A stretch of 64,000 nt of DNA from a virus. Positions 36,658 through 47,442 of this stretch are shown piece by piece. The stretch spans positions 2,559-66,558 of IMG/VR virus record IMGVR_UViG_3300037316_000032; one strand, 5' to 3'. Positions within the stretch are counted from its first letter, which is position 1, and every line of letters begins with the position of its first letter. Below the pieces are notes generated by a model. It made no database searches, had not been told where the DNA came from, and was given only the letters and a program-made list of their open reading frames with translations. Both the position numbers and the translations under genes were made by a program.

Positions 36658-39648
36658 TTATGCCCCTCCAGCTTGCGCTAGTTCTTTGACGCTTGTTGCA
36701 ATATGCACACTGGAGATCGCCACGCGCCCCTCTAACTCAAAGTACCACTGGTCAGCTTTGAAGCCGGCAAGGATACGCAGAAGTTCACCAGAATTGCGAA
36801 TTTCGCGCGTTGTAACTAGCACGTTGTCCGCATACACCCGGACGATGCCATACTGGTTGGCGCCCAACGTAAGCCAACTTGGGTCGAGCGTTGGAGTCTC
36901 ATTGCGCACAGCGCTCTGAGTTGGCGAGCCTGGCGGTATGTCGAAGAACACCTTCATCGCGGCATAGTTGTTCTTGGTCTGCGACTGATAGGTCTTAGAG
37001 CGCCACTTGTACGGCGTGATGGTCGGCGCAGTGTCCGTGAAGTCGTAATACCAAATTTGACCGTTCTGGATGATCAACCCAATGCCGGTCCACTGGTCAA
37101 CGAACAGGTTGTCGATATCGTAGCCGTTCGGCGCTGTGAGCTGGCAGAAGCCGATGCGATGCCCGCCTGGCTGTGGCCAGATCGTGAAGCTCTGGGCGTC
37201 AGCAGGGTTGATCTCGATCGTATACCCCATGCGTGCGATCCCTGGGGTAGGGTCGGAAGTCGTCCCAAAGGCAAAGTAGCAGGACGATTGCATGATCGCC
37301 TGGATCGACGGCGACGCAGGAACGAGTTTTTTCCACTTCTCGCGGGTGATCCACAGCTCTGTAGTGTTAGACGCTACACCTGACGGCGCGACCTTGATCA
37401 GGCCGTTGGGAGACTGATAGTATACGCCATCGGCGGCGCTCACCACGGAGCAGCGCGCGATGCACGGCTCGGGAAACATGATCTTCTGCACGGACATAGA
37501 AGACGGCGAAGCGCCTTGCGCGATGTATGGATAGGCGCTGGTGCAAGCCACAACAGCTTGCCCTACGACGCCGATACCCACGATGGGAAACTCCGTGGTC
37601 TGCACGTATCCGATCGGCCAAGCGTGCGGCCGATAGGGCTCGCAGAACCACAGCTCGTTACCTTTCCAGGCGACGGTGACGCCGTTCGGCATTGACTTGA
37701 AGCCCTGCAACCCCGCGGGCGGCGGGAACCAGTTTGTGCTGGCAAGCTGATAGTTTAACGCGATCACGCTGTCATCCACATTGTCAACATACTGCGCGGT
37801 GCCAACCGGCACATCCGCGACCCAGTAGTAGACTGCGTTGCCAGTACTGCCGCTAATCGTGCGGTAAATCCTGACTGTCTTGATGTTGCGCACCTTACCC
37901 ATATCGTCCGCAGGCGGCTGGAAAAGGTCAATAGTCCAGGTCGCATTAGACCATCCGGTGATCAAGGTAGGCGGGCTTGGCGGGCCCTCCTCGTCATACT
38001 CGGTGACATAGGTGTAGAAATACGCGCGCGCTTCGACAAGCGACGCGGTAGACAGGTCGGCCCACATTTGCAGGTTGAAATTGTGCTTGATCGGCGGCGA
38101 TACACCGCCAACAGGGGCGCCCGTAATCGACCCTGGATTGGTCAAATCCGTAATGGCAATGCCAACCGCAGGGCAGCCTTGTCCAATAAAAACCTGTATC
38201 TCTATGACCGTGGCGCCAGCGGGTGCATCAGCATAGACAACGGCAAACAGACCGTACACGATACCGTTCTGCATGGTGCCATATTTAAGGCTATCACCTT
38301 TGTACACCGGACCAGCGAGCGGGGTGTCAAGCGTGACCGTGAACAGAGAATGGGGTTTGTCTGTCGCTACAACGTTCGTTACCTTGACCGGATGTTCTAC
38401 AGGCGGCGCAGAACTTGGTATCGAAGTGAACGGCGTCTTGAACGTATATCCAGACGGCGGGGGGATGCCAGGCGGTATTGAGTTTGGCGTATTTGACTGT
38501 TGAATTTGGATACCAGTATCACAGACCAATCCAATCCAGTAGGGCACGCCCTGGGTCAAACCGGGTGGATTTGAAAACGAGAGGATCATGTTCTGCTGTG
38601 ACGGGGCTGGCGTCAAAACGTCACCGGTACTCAGGAGCGTGCCAGGCACACCATTATCGTCCGAGTAGAGAAGCGCAGCTATGTGAATAGTTAGCGCGTC
38701 GGCGCCTTGAAAGTTGAACGTTACGTCCTGAAGGCTCATTGCACCAGGCGGCGTAATCTGCATCAGATACGCAGTGTTAGCGTTCAACTGAAATATATCC
38801 GATGTTTCTGTATTGACGTTCCCTAGGCTAGCAACGTCGCCCCCGCCAGTTACATCGACACCAGGCGCGCAGCCTGGAGGCGGCACACCAAGCAGCCACC
38901 ACGGCATACCGGCGTCGATACGATCGTGGGTGTTGTATTGCGGCGGCAGGCTGGGGCTCGCCGCGTAATAGCGATCGAACGTGTCGCCAACGACAGGCGA
39001 CTTCATAACATCCGTGTTCTGGTCCAAGAACTCCAGCCACGTCGATGGGCCTGTGATCGTGTTGTCGGCAGTCGGGTTGTGGCCGCCAACGAACGTAGGG
39101 TTGTCCCACGCCATGTTCGCGCCAACGGAAGACACCGTGGTTGTATTATACTGCTCCCCGTAGTCAGGCGCTTTTATGGTGATTACGCTTCCATTCACCG
39201 TATTATCTGCGGTGATTATCGAGATCGACGGGTTGGCCACTGTGGCGCCGCCGTATAATAGTCCTTCACCGACGCCGACTGTCAGGGCGGCAAAGAGATT
39301 AGCAGCGCTATCAGGTGCGCTGGCCCCGAGCAGCACGTCATAGGGGTTTGTTACCGTGGCGGTAAACGTGTAGGTTTCCTCGCCCACCGTCACTGTGTTG
39401 CCCGCGACCACGTTCGAAGTAAAGCGCAACGTCGCAGTGGCCGCGGCCTTGGTGATCTTCGGGATACGGAACGCGGCTTGCGCCGAGGAGTTGTTGAGTT
39501 GGCGAAGAAGCTTGGGCTGGCGCCAACCGGTCAACCCGCCAGAGAACAGGTAGCCGTTGATCGACAACGACGCCTGTCCGTGCGGCAAAAGAGTGTTGTC
39601 CCAGGCGGGTAGCATACCGCCAAACTGCTCAAGCTTAATCGCAGACAT
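36658..39648 (-). CDS. tail tubular/stabilization (nozzle-like) protein
   Basis: MSAIKLEQFGGM.P start, RAYFYTYVT..DEEGPPS, ELWFCEPYRPHAWP, YKWRSK; podovirus tail context. Confidence 0.75.
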   Translation of the reverse strand: MSAIKLEQFGGMLPAWDNTLLPHGQASLSINGYLFSGGLTGWRQPKLLRQLNNSSAQAAFRIPKITKAAATATLRFTSNVVAGNTVTVGEETYTFTATVTNPYDVLLGASAPDSAANLFAALTVGVGEGLLYGGATVANPSISIITADNTVNGSVITIKAPDYGEQYNTTTVSSVGANMAWDNPTFVGGHNPTADNTITGPSTWLEFLDQNTDVMKSPVVGDTFDRYYAASPSLPPQYNTHDRIDAGMPWWLLGVPPPGCAPGVDVTGGGDVASLGNVNTETSDIFQLNANTAYLMQITPPGAMSLQDVTFNFQGADALTIHIAALLYSDDNGVPGTLLSTGDVLTPAPSQQNMILSFSNPPGLTQGVPYWIGLVCDTGIQIQQSNTPNSIPPGIPPPSGYTFKTPFTSIPSSAPPVEHPVKVTNVVATDKPHSLFTVTLDTPLAGPVYKGDSLKYGTMQNGIVYGLFAVVYADAPAGATVIEIQVFIGQGCPAVGIAITDLTNPGSITGAPVGGVSPPIKHNFNLQMWADLSTASLVEARAYFYTYVTEYDEEGPPSPPTLITGWSNATWTIDLFQPPADDMGKVRNIKTVRIYRTISGSTGNAVYYWVADVPVGTAQYVDNVDDSVIALNYQLASTNWFPPPAGLQGFKSMPNGVTVAWKGNELWFCEPYRPHAWPIGYVQTTEFPIVGIGVVGQAVVACTSAYPYIAQGASPSSMSVQKIMFPEPCIARCSVVSAADGVYYQSPNGLIKVAPSGVASNTTELWITREKWKKLVPASPSIQAIMQSSCYFAFGTTSDPTPGIARMGYTIEINPADAQSFTIWPQPGGHRIGFCQLTAPNGYDIDNLFVDQWTGIGLIIQNGQIWYYDFTDTAPTITPYKWRSKTYQSQTKNNYAAMKVFFDIPPGSPTQSAVRNETPTLDPSWLTLGANQYGIVRVYADNVLVTTREIRNSGELLRILAGFKADQWYFELEGRVAISSVHIATSVKELAQAGGA
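39351..39365. promoter_or_regulatory. TTACCG-N3-CGGTAA palindrome copy 13
   Basis: TTACCG TGG CGGTAA, intragenic (FTATVT). Confidence 0.8.
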
Positions 39649-39651
39649 TCT

Positions 39652-40029
39652 TCACCCCTTGAAAGGCACAGCATTTTTACTTTCGTGCTGATATTCGTGG
39701 GGGCGGAAGACCGGGGTCATCGTTCCGTCAGTCGCGCTCGGCGCGGGGCGCGCCGGGCGTCGTAGTTCTTGTTCCTGGGAGTATTTCACACGCTCAGCAC
39801 CCTTCGCCATTTCGCGTGTGGTCTGGTCGAGCTGGCGGGTAGTGGCCTGCTCGGGCGGCGGCGGCGCCGGTTGGGGCTTGCGCGCTTCAATTACTTGCTG
39901 GACGAAGGCTTCCTTGCGCAGCTCGTCGCCAGTCTTTTCGACAGGCGCAGTTTGCTTAAGCTGGGGAAGGTCAGCGGCAGCTTCGACTAGGCCAGTATCG
40001 AGCGGGTCAGAGAGGGGGTCTTTTGACAT
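39652..40029 (-). CDS. hypothetical protein
   Basis: AGGAG SD; 125 aa. Confidence 0.65.
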   Translation of the reverse strand: MSKDPLSDPLDTGLVEAAADLPQLKQTAPVEKTGDELRKEAFVQQVIEARKPQPAPPPPEQATTRQLDQTTREMAKGAERVKYSQEQELRRPARPAPSATDGTMTPVFRPHEYQHESKNAVPFKG

Positions 40030-40068
40030 GGGTATCTCCTGCGGTTTGTGTCCCGCTGAGGCTACCCG

Positions 40069-40230
40069 TCAACCCTTTACCCTTCGTAAACGTGGGTTCT
40101 TAGCCTTCGCTTTGGCCGACGCTTTACGGGTGCTGGACGCCAGTATGGCGCCGGCAGCCTGGGACGAAACGCCACGTTGGCTGGCGATCTTGGCCTGGAC
40201 GGCCGAGAAGCCGGGATGGGCGCTGGACAT
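40069..40230 (-). CDS. small basic phage protein (53 aa), absent from the ORF track
   Basis: MSSAHPGFSAVQAKIASQRGVSSQAAGAILASSTRKASAKAKAKNPRLRRVKG. Confidence 0.65.
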   Translation of the reverse strand: MSSAHPGFSAVQAKIASQRGVSSQAAGAILASSTRKASAKAKAKNPRLRRVKG

Positions 40231-40233
40231 GGC

Positions 40234-40485
40234 TCAAACCTTCACGTTTAGGACACTAGGGCAGTGGAGCCCAGTCCAGACCTGGTTTCGCTGTTTCAGG
40301 TCCAGCACCAGCGTCTTGCCGGCGTACCGGAAGCTCTGGGGCTTGGACGAATTGTAGCGGATCGGGCCGATCAGGGCCTTGCATATCGTCTTGATCGTGG
40401 CCTCGTCTAGCCCCTCAGCCGGGTCGCAGGCCGTGAGCAGCGGCAGCGAAAGGGTGAGAACGAGCAGTATGGCTATGCGTTTCAT
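40234..40485 (-). CDS. o-spanin-like lipoprotein
   Basis: MKR + hydrophobic stretch + lipobox LTAC; follows endolysin and a membrane protein. Confidence 0.7.
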   Translation of the reverse strand: MKRIAILLVLTLSLPLLTACDPAEGLDEATIKTICKALIGPIRYNSSKPQSFRYAGKTLVLDLKQRNQVWTGLHCPSVLNVKV

Positions 40486-40486
40486 G

Positions 40487-40861
40487 TCAATTCTCCGGGT
40501 CATCAAAGGGGTCTTTGGCGGCGCGCGCAGCAGGTGTCTTAGTCTTTTCCACCACTTTGTCAACCGTTTTTTCCACAATGACCTGTTTGGCTACATCGTG
40601 CAAGGCGGTGTCTTTGGCGCCCACGAACATGCCACTCAGGAACACGGCAACAACGAAGGCCACTGCTAGGAAATCCCAGCGCAGCGGCTTGAGCGCATTG
40701 GCGATCGGCAAGCCGATCACAGGGATCGCGGCGAACAGGGTCGTGCCAAAGGCGCCCAGGAAACAAAGGAGGATGATCGCAACGCCGCTGCCCCAGTGCC
40801 AGATAGTAGCCCAGGCACCGGCAAAGAGCATGTGAACCCACCCAAAGAGGAAGTATTCCAT
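40487..40861 (-). CDS. i-spanin-like membrane protein
   Basis: Hydrophobic N-terminal half, soluble C-terminal part; lysis cassette position. Confidence 0.55.
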   Translation of the reverse strand: MEYFLFGWVHMLFAGAWATIWHWGSGVAIILLCFLGAFGTTLFAAIPVIGLPIANALKPLRWDFLAVAFVVAVFLSGMFVGAKDTALHDVAKQVIVEKTVDKVVEKTKTPAARAAKDPFDDPEN

Positions 40862-40862
40862 T

Positions 40863-41582
40863 TTACCTCTCCATAAGCCAGTCTTTGACGCGCTGCCCAG
40901 CGCTGGGCTGCGGCTGCGGCGCCGGCTCGGGCACCACGATAACCTTTTCCTTATCGGGAACGACCGAGATTATAGGCTGTGGGTTATCGGGCCGCAAGAT
41001 ATCAATGTGCAGCTCGGGCGGCACGGGCGGGCCCGCCTCTATGGTGGCGTTCGGGTTATTTGCGTCAGACAAGCACATGATGCGCTCAGCTTTCCGGCGC
41101 CGTTCCAAGCCAGGAATGATCTTGCCGTTGGCGCGGTCATAGAGCAGTAGCGCGTTACAGCCGCCCTTCACGTCGCCGGCGTTCAATTTACGCGCCACGC
41201 TAGAACCACAAAGGCCACCTTTTGCAGGTCGATTATGCGTAGCCGGCTTGCCGCCGCCCACATTGTAGGTGAACGAGAGGATCGCCGCATGACGATAGTC
41301 CGGCATGGGGACATGGATACAGCGCTGAACCATCGCTTCATAGCGTGGCAGGTCCTTCGCCAGCATGTCCTTGCACTCAATTCGAGTGTACCGATCGCCA
41401 ATATGCACGTCCTCAATATGACCAGTGCAAACCGTGTTGACACCGGGCGGATCAATCCTGTCGTGATATCCGACTAGGACCGTACCTTCCAGTGTCAGCA
41501 AGACCGCCACCGCTATCGGCACATAACCCTTACCGCGAATTAGCGTAGTTCCGGGTGGAAGTGGGGGAGGAATGTCGGTCAT
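40863..41582 (-). CDS. endolysin, GH24 (T4/P21-type lysozyme), possible SAR anchor
   Basis: Hydrophobic IAVAVLL then EG...Y.D...T.C.GH; SFTYNVG; GLERRRKAER..C. Confidence 0.9.
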   Translation of the reverse strand: MTDIPPPLPPGTTLIRGKGYVPIAVAVLLTLEGTVLVGYHDRIDPPGVNTVCTGHIEDVHIGDRYTRIECKDMLAKDLPRYEAMVQRCIHVPMPDYRHAAILSFTYNVGGGKPATHNRPAKGGLCGSSVARKLNAGDVKGGCNALLLYDRANGKIIPGLERRRKAERIMCLSDANNPNATIEAGPPVPPELHIDILRPDNPQPIISVVPDKEKVIVVPEPAPQPQPSAGQRVKDWLMER

Positions 41583-41896
41583 AGGTCAGTGCCTTTTTGG
41601 TTCATCAGGCGCGTAATCCCGAGCGCGCAAACAATTACCAAGCACAGCAGCGCGAACATGCGGGGCGGAACCCAATTTACGAACGCAGGAACAGCCAGTT
41701 CAGCCGCCGACAATAACATGACAAGGAACGCCAGTCGCAGCGACCACAGCTTATGGAAGTCACGCCAGTTAGGATCGAACCATAGAACAGCTTTTTGTCG
41801 CGCTGTCTCGACGCCAATCTGCGTCGGGTCAGTCTGCACGACGCGAGCGGGAGCGACTTCAAGAACGATTGGGGCGGGGGCACCGGTTGGCATCAT
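41579..41896 (-). CDS. putative holin
   Basis: NWR...KLWSLRL plus two TM segments, R..NQ end; directly upstream of the endolysin. Confidence 0.7.
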   Translation of the reverse strand: MMPTGAPAPIVLEVAPARVVQTDPTQIGVETARQKAVLWFDPNWRDFHKLWSLRLAFLVMLLSAAELAVPAFVNWVPPRMFALLCLVIVCALGITRLMNQKGTDL

Positions 41897-42138
41897 GCAC
41901 CTTTGTCGGGGGATTTTACCTTTTTAACCAGGTCCGCAATCTCCTCCTGGTTCATGCACGCGCTGACTTTGACCACAAGGTCCTTCTCGGCCAAACGATT
42001 ATTGAGCATGGCCACTACAGCGGGACGAGCCGCCATACATTCCTCCTTGCTCATGTACGAAGCCTGATTGTACAGCACCGCGGAAACAGTATGCCCTGTT
42101 GACGTGGCAAGTATCAGGACGAGAAAGATCGTGGCCAT
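41893..42138 (-). CDS. small exported/membrane protein
   Basis: ATG 42138; hydrophobic N-term; SKEECMAA...SAC. Confidence 0.55.
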   Translation of the reverse strand: MATIFLVLILATSTGHTVSAVLYNQASYMSKEECMAARPAVVAMLNNRLAEKDLVVKVSACMNQEEIADLVKKVKSPDKGA

Positions 42139-42139
42139 A

Positions 42140-42427
42140 TCACTTCCCCGTGGCGCCGCGATACCGCGTTGGGCCAGTCGGACCAGACGGACCAGTGGTG
42201 CCCGTTGCGCCATGTGGCCAACGGCCGCCTGGACCAACGTCAAACACGCCCTTGCCGCCAGTCGTACCTTCGTAAGCAAGGTGTTCCCTGGACGGATCAA
42301 CAGCCCGCTTCGGCGCATCGCCATGTGGCTTCAGCGGCGGCGGGTTTGGTTGGGGCGCGGAGCCTACGATTGGAGCCGGAACGGGACCAAACGGCACAGC
42401 AGCCGGAACGCGAATTGGATCGGACAT
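42140..42427 (-). CDS. small Pro-rich protein with collagen-like tail
   Basis: AGGAG SD; GATGTTGPSGPTGPT. Confidence 0.6.
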   Translation of the reverse strand: MSDPIRVPAAVPFGPVPAPIVGSAPQPNPPPLKPHGDAPKRAVDPSREHLAYEGTTGGKGVFDVGPGGRWPHGATGTTGPSGPTGPTRYRGATGK

Positions 42428-42439
42428 GGGAGTCTCCTG

Positions 42440-42718
42440 TTATGGTGCGACAACGAAGAAGGTCATGGTGTCGTTTTTGACCCCCGTTTTGCTGTCTACC
42501 ATAGATATCGAAGCGGTAAATTCTTCGTTAAGAACACCCCCATTAACGAAGAAAATTACCCAGTTACCGGCCACAGACACGGTATCAATCGTCGCCGTCG
42601 ATGACGAAGATGTGACCGTGGCACTGACCACCGTGACACCTTCATCCAGCCAATCCTCATAATTGACCCGGTATCGGCGCCTATTTCCGACCGTGTGCGG
42701 GCGCTTTGCTTGCATCAT
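42440..42718 (-). CDS. tail-fibre adaptor-like protein
   Basis: RRRYRVNYEDWL.EG.TV.S...FFVNGG; paralogous to the N-terminus of the long fibre. Confidence 0.65.
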   Translation of the reverse strand: MMQAKRPHTVGNRRRYRVNYEDWLDEGVTVVSATVTSSSSTATIDTVSVAGNWVIFFVNGGVLNEEFTASISMVDSKTGVKNDTMTFFVVAP

Positions 42719-43014
42719 AGCGTAGCTCCGTTTGTTGCCTCCAGCACGTCATCAATTAGCCGGAGGATATCCTTGTGCGCCACCCGGAAGGGGCCAGGAT
42801 TGGCGTTGAGCGCGGTCGTGAGAATTGCGTACTCATCGCTATCGAAAGTCACCGTATCGACTGCACCTTCGATCTTATCGAGCATCCGGATGCGCGTTCG
42901 CATTTCAGCCGGGCCCATTCCATGCTGGCTTTGCGATACTGTAACCAGCTCAGCCAGTAAGCGCTTCGCCGGGAAGGCGCCATCCTTAACGGTCAAGGGG
43001 ATAAGTTTCGACAT
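42715..43014 (-). CDS. hypothetical protein (possible fibre chaperone)
   Basis: AGGAG SD; EMRTRIRMLDKIE. Confidence 0.6.
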   Translation of the reverse strand: MSKLIPLTVKDGAFPAKRLLAELVTVSQSQHGMGPAEMRTRIRMLDKIEGAVDTVTFDSDEYAILTTALNANPGPFRVAHKDILRLIDDVLEATNGATL

Positions 43015-43028
43015 AGGGGTATCTCCTG

Positions 43029-43253
43029 TTACGCGCCAGTTGGCCCAGTTGGCCCTGGACGCGCTGCCACTATAACAGATAATACTGCAATGTCAAATAG
43101 GTCCGCCGCCTGCTTCAGCTCGGACTTTTTGAGTTGCAGCGGGTTTGATGTATTTTGAGTCGTCTTCCCATCAACCACATCACCAACGAACACTGTCACT
43201 ACTGGATCAGCATCGGTCGGGTCACATTGAAAACGCCAAATTGCTTGTGTCAT
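43029..43253 (-). CDS. hypothetical protein ending in GPTGPTGA
   Basis: AGGAGG SD; immediately downstream of the fibre. Confidence 0.6.
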   Translation of the reverse strand: MTQAIWRFQCDPTDADPVVTVFVGDVVDGKTTQNTSNPLQLKKSELKQAADLFDIAVLSVIVAARPGPTGPTGA

Positions 43254-43265
43254 TGGAGCCTCCTG

Positions 43266-46200
43266 TTACCATATAATCCAAGTATCGGTCGCTATCTTTT
43301 GCATACAGACACCTTTGACGGTCGAAGAAGCAGCGCCGACCCACCACAACAAGGCTGATCCACGGATTGTGACACTTGCCCCGGATATTGTCAAGGTGCC
43401 TGTCCCTGTGCCGCCCGTGACAGTCACGAAGATTTTTGTCCCAATCACGAACGGCACGGAAGCGTTCGTTGGGATCGTTAACGTGCGCGCCGTTGTCGCC
43501 AAGGCGAATGTGAGTTCCTTCCAAGCGTCAGTGAGGAGCAACGTATAGGACACATCGCCCTTTGCAACTGAAGTAGGCACAGCATCATAAACATGGCCGC
43601 CGATCCACACGTCACCACCGATACCCACGCCGCCTGTAACAACCAAGGCACCTGTGCCAGTCGTAGTCGCTGCGGTCGCAGCAGTAAGGGAAACAATACC
43701 AGACGCTCCTATCGTTGTCACACCCGTTAGAGCGCCCGCTATTGTGAGCGCCCCATTTATGTTCGCCAAGCCACCAACCCACAACGCGCCCCCGATACCC
43801 ACGCCGCCTGTAACAACCAAGGCACCTGTGCCAGTCGTAGTCGCTGCGGTCGCAGCAGTAAGGGAAACAATACCAGACGCTCCTATCGTTGTCACACCCG
43901 TTAGAGCGCCTGCGATTGTCAGAGCCCCGGCTATGTTCGCTAAGCCACCAACCCAGAGAGCGCCAGAAATACCGACACCACCCGTCACAACCACCGAACC
44001 AGTAGTCGTGCTAGAACTAGCGACGCCGCCGAGGAATGAGAACACGCCATTCACGTCACATGTCAGCGTAAAGCCGAAAACGCTGTTATAGATGAAAAAT
44101 TTGCTTGGCTGACCAGACGTGGTGCCTCCATAGCCGAACTGATAAAACGTTCCAGCATCGTTTGCGAGAATGACTTGATTGTAGCCAGCCGCACCGGCGT
44201 CACTAATGGAGACACTACCAGGCACGAAGACTGCATAGTTGGGTCCTCCAAAAGTGCGGAAGTTGACACCCACTCCATCCAAATACGCACTGCCACCACC
44301 AGCAAAGTCTACATATAAATTGCCGGCCACGCCGCCAACTTCCAAGGCAGACAAGCCCGCAGTGACGTTAGCGATATGCACACCGCCGCCTACGTACAGC
44401 TTACCAGCTATGCCAACGCCGCCTGCAACAACAAGCGCACCAGTCGCGGTCGAAGTTGAAGCGGTCGTTGCTAGGATACTGCCCATCGCATTGATGGTGA
44501 ATAGAGAAGCGTTTACAGTTGCCGCAGCTTTAGCGTGAAAGATGTTATCACCAAGCAAAACAGAATAGGCGCGAAACTTGTCTGCCACAGCAGCGTCGGA
44601 GCCAAAAAACCAACGATCCGCTCCCGTAGTGATACTCCCGCACCAAAGACCGGCCCCAGTGCCGCTAACAAACGTGAAATGGGCGTTGATACCAACATAG
44701 AGTGCGCCGCCAATACCAACGCCGCCCGTAACTTGAAGCGCACCAGTCGTGGTCGAAGTGGAAGCTGTCGTAGCGGGGATTGTCATGCCGCTCACATAGA
44801 GCGACATAAGCAACGTAGCCGCTGAAGCCCCGGTAAGCTGATAGAACTCATATGAGAGCGTAGAGAGAATATCGGTATTGAAAAGGGCTATTTCCCGATG
44901 CCCGCTCGAATAATTCCATCCGGCAGCAAGAGCGGAATGGCCGACTGAACTTGGATAGGAACCGCCCGAATTAAAGTCTCCATAGTAGGACCACGCTCCA
45001 AAACTGTGATTGCCTGTCCATGCTGGCGAAATTGTTACGTCGATGGCTGGCGCGCCATCAGACCGCATTGCCGTTGGCAGGCTGCCGTTGACCGCCGTCA
45101 GTTTGACCAGCCCAGTTGGATTTGCAAGCACAGCGCCGGCGCCTGTTGCACCTGTTGATCCAGTTGGTCCCGTGTTGCCAGTGGGCCCTGTAGCGCCTAC
45201 GCCGCCCACGCCACCCGCCGTACCCTGGGAGCCAGTCGGTCCTGTGCTGCCGGTTGGCCCAGTGCTGCCGGTTGGTCCTGCGCCGCCCGCCGCGCCGCCG
45301 CTACCCGCTGAACCTGTTGGCCCAGTGCTGCCGGTAGCGCCCGCTGCGCCATTCGAGCCAGCCGTACCCTGCGAGCCTGTTGGTCCAGTCTTGCCAGTTG
45401 GGCCAGTCGCACCCGCCGCGCCGCCAGAGCCTGCGCTGCCGGTGTCGCCCGTGTTGCCGGTCGCGCCGGTGGGCCCAGTGTTGCCAGTTGAACCGCCTGG
45501 CCCATTCGCTCCAACATCGCCGGTGACGGTAATGTTCCAACCAGTGTAGGGGCCAAAGACACCGGCATTGAAATCAACCAACACCTGCATCGTTGTGCCG
45601 TCATAATACGTACAAGTGCCCTCGAAATAAATTACAGGGTTGGTTTGATAAGCCACGCGCACCCGAGTACCCGGCAGATAGGCCAGGTTCGGCTCGTTTG
45701 GCGTAATATATTGATATCCGTTGACTGGGAATGTCCATGTGTCGGACGTTGTTGCAACAAAAGTAGGAGCATCAAGGCCAGTCGCGCCGGTTGGCCCGGT
45801 GCTACCTGTTGCACCTGCCGCGCCCGCTGTACCACCGCTCCCGGTGTCGCCCTTGTTGCCAGTCGCGCCGGTTGGCCCGGTGCTGCCAGTGCCGCCCGCT
45901 GCGCCCGCCGTGCCGCCTGCGCCGGTGTCGCCCTTGTTGCCAGTCGCGCCGGTTGGCCCGGTGCTGCCGGTTGGCCCGGTACTGCCAGTGGTCCCGCTAC
46001 CGCCGCTCCCGCCGCCGCCCGGCCCAGTGGGACCAGTACCGCCTGTAGGCCCAACGATAGAAAGCATGAGGGCCTTATTTTCTGCATCAACAGTGGGCCC
46101 ACCGTTGATCTCAACGAAGAACTCCATGTGTCCGTAACGAATTTGGGAAAATGACGTAGTGAACTCTATGATCACATTAAATTGATCACCAAGATCACCG

Positions 46201-46382
46201 CCGTTCAAGAAAAACACCGCGGTATCGCCGCCCTCGATTGAAGTCGTGTCGACGGTCGCGCTTCCCTGGTCGACCGTGTATACAACGCTGGTCAAGACTT
46301 CGCCATCAGCCAACCAGTCACAATCGACTGCGTGCCGCCTGCGGTCCCCCACTTTTTGATGGTGACGACCTAGGTTCATCAC
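43266..46382 (-). CDS. tail fibre with collagen-like (Gly-X-Y) segments and STTTGALVV.GGVGI repeats
   Basis: Adaptor-like N-term, two G-X-T runs, repeated T.[19 protein letters not shown] units, C-terminal [12 protein letters not shown] domain. Confidence 0.85.
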   Translation of the reverse strand: MMNLGRHHQKVGDRRRHAVDCDWLADGEVLTSVVYTVDQGSATVDTTSIEGGDTAVFFLNGGDLGDQFNVIIEFTTSFSQIRYGHMEFFVEINGGPTVDAENKALMLSIVGPTGGTGPTGPGGGGSGGSGTTGSTGPTGSTGPTGATGNKGDTGAGGTAGAAGGTGSTGPTGATGNKGDTGSGGTAGAAGATGSTGPTGATGLDAPTFVATTSDTWTFPVNGYQYITPNEPNLAYLPGTRVRVAYQTNPVIYFEGTCTYYDGTTMQVLVDFNAGVFGPYTGWNITVTGDVGANGPGGSTGNTGPTGATGNTGDTGSAGSGGAAGATGPTGKTGPTGSQGTAGSNGAAGATGSTGPTGSAGSGGAAGGAGPTGSTGPTGSTGPTGSQGTAGGVGGVGATGPTGNTGPTGSTGATGAGAVLANPTGLVKLTAVNGSLPTAMRSDGAPAIDVTISPAWTGNHSFGAWSYYGDFNSGGSYPSSVGHSALAAGWNYSSGHREIALFNTDILSTLSYEFYQLTGASAATLLMSLYVSGMTIPATTASTSTTTGALQVTGGVGIGGALYVGINAHFTFVSGTGAGLWCGSITTGADRWFFGSDAAVADKFRAYSVLLGDNIFHAKAAATVNASLFTINAMGSILATTASTSTATGALVVAGGVGIAGKLYVGGGVHIANVTAGLSALEVGGVAGNLYVDFAGGGSAYLDGVGVNFRTFGGPNYAVFVPGSVSISDAGAAGYNQVILANDAGTFYQFGYGGTTSGQPSKFFIYNSVFGFTLTCDVNGVFSFLGGVASSSTTTGSVVVTGGVGISGALWVGGLANIAGALTIAGALTGVTTIGASGIVSLTAATAATTTGTGALVVTGGVGIGGALWVGGLANINGALTIAGALTGVTTIGASGIVSLTAATAATTTGTGALVVTGGVGIGGDVWIGGHVYDAVPTSVAKGDVSYTLLLTDAWKELTFALATTARTLTIPTNASVPFVIGTKIFVTVTGGTGTGTLTISGASVTIRGSALLWWVGAASSTVKGVCMQKIATDTWIIW
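43618..43910. repeat. exact 119-bp direct repeat (period 174 bp) in the tail fibre
   Basis: 43618-43736 is identical to 43792-43910. Confidence 0.85.
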
Positions 46383-46561
46383 ACCCTCCGGACATACAGA
46401 AGGGTGTCGTCCTCCGGGTCAATGTTAATGCAAGACGGCGCTTCTGCGGCAACTATGATTGTGGCAGGCTGATCGGGTGGCATGTCCAACGTGAAACATT
46501 CAGCGCCGAGGCTTATTTCGGAGCTGTCGGCTTGGACATGGATTTCCTCGTCCTCGTACAC
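46379..46561 (-). CDS. small acidic hypothetical protein
   Basis: GTG start; ends with a 4-nt overlap into the fibre gene. Confidence 0.5.
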   Translation of the reverse strand: MYEDEEIHVQADSSEISLGAECFTLDMPPDQPATIIVAAEAPSCINIDPEDDTLLYVRRV

Positions 46562-46571
46562 CTTGTCACCT

Positions 46572-47072
46572 TTACGTACCGAGCGTTCCAGATTTGATCA
46601 GGTCATTGATCAGACCCATAATGGTTTGCGCGCATTGCTGCGTCGTCGCGGTGGATGTATCCAACGTCGCGCGATTGATTACACCAGTCCAATTATGCCA
46701 GCCAGTTTGTGGCCCAGTAGGACCGCTAGAACGACCTGTCGGGCCCGTGGCGCCCGTGTTACCTGTACCCGGCCCAGTTGGGCCTGTTACACCGGCAGCG
46801 CCAGCAATCCCGGTATCACCAGCAACGCCAGGTGATCCGTCAGTACCCGCGGGACCAGTGGGACCTGGCGTACCGGTTGGACCTTGGGCGCCGGTCGTCC
46901 CCGTGGCCCCGCCGCCCGTTGGCCCCGTGCCAAACGGACCGGTCGGACCGGTTGGGCCAGGGCCAGTCGGGCCAGTGCTACCAGTCGGGCCTCCAGCAGG
47001 CCCGGTTGGGCCGCCAAGCAAGATGATCGGCAGAGCCGAGACAGGTGATGGTGAAACATCGGTGACTGGCAT
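46572..47072 (-). CDS. collagen-like protein
   Basis: Long G-P-T / G-X-T run; C-terminal GLINDL...G helix. Confidence 0.75.
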   Translation of the reverse strand: MPVTDVSPSPVSALPIILLGGPTGPAGGPTGSTGPTGPGPTGPTGPFGTGPTGGGATGTTGAQGPTGTPGPTGPAGTDGSPGVAGDTGIAGAAGVTGPTGPGTGNTGATGPTGRSSGPTGPQTGWHNWTGVINRATLDTSTATTQQCAQTIMGLINDLIKSGTLGT

Positions 47073-47076
47073 GACC

Positions 47077-47442
47077 TTACCCCGTTACGCCTTGGCGTAC
47101 TTTGAGTTCACCGCGCATCAGCGGCACGCGAATAGCAGGAGTTGACCCGTCGATCATGACCAGATCATATTGATATTCAGCAACGGGCAACGTAGACAGG
47201 ATCGTTGCATCGGGCACATGGAAGTGAAGTATACGTTGCACAACATCATCGACAACAATCGTGCCCCCGGCCGAGGTAAGCGATAGGATCGGCGTCACAT
47301 CGTACTTGTTCGCCTTGATATCCATCTTGAACGTCTGGCCAGTGAAGCTCCATGACGTATCGCCCGTGGTGCCAAACATGAAGGCATCCTCGAACGTGGC
47401 GTTGTTGGCAATCTCAATGTCTACGCGCGCTGCTGTGAGCAT
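47077..47442 (-). CDS. virion structural protein (fibre-attachment type)
   Basis: DI.I...ATF...SFTG.T.KM.IK...YQYDL...L.RG...V..GVT pattern. Confidence 0.65.
   Translation of the reverse strand: MLTAARVDIEIANNATFEDAFMFGTTGDTSWSFTGQTFKMDIKANKYDVTPILSLTSAGGTIVVDDVVQRILHFHVPDATILSTLPVAEYQYDLVMIDGSTPAIRVPLMRGELKVRQGVTG

Noticed and set aside
43618-43910. Template/variable repeat pair of a diversity-generating retroelement
   Set aside because: The copies are identical, tandem and in frame, with no adenine-specific differences; no reverse transcriptase in the window.
42505-45532. Further palindrome-like sites (ATATCG-AAG-CGGTAA near 42505, half-site near 45518)
   Set aside because: Two or more mismatches; compatible with chance and excluded from the count.
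45010-47145. Plus-strand Pro/Val-rich ORFs (PVGPV repeats) opposite collagen genes, also at 55.8-57.4 kb
   Set aside because: Antisense shadows of G-X-Y codon repeats, which lack stops on the reverse strand.
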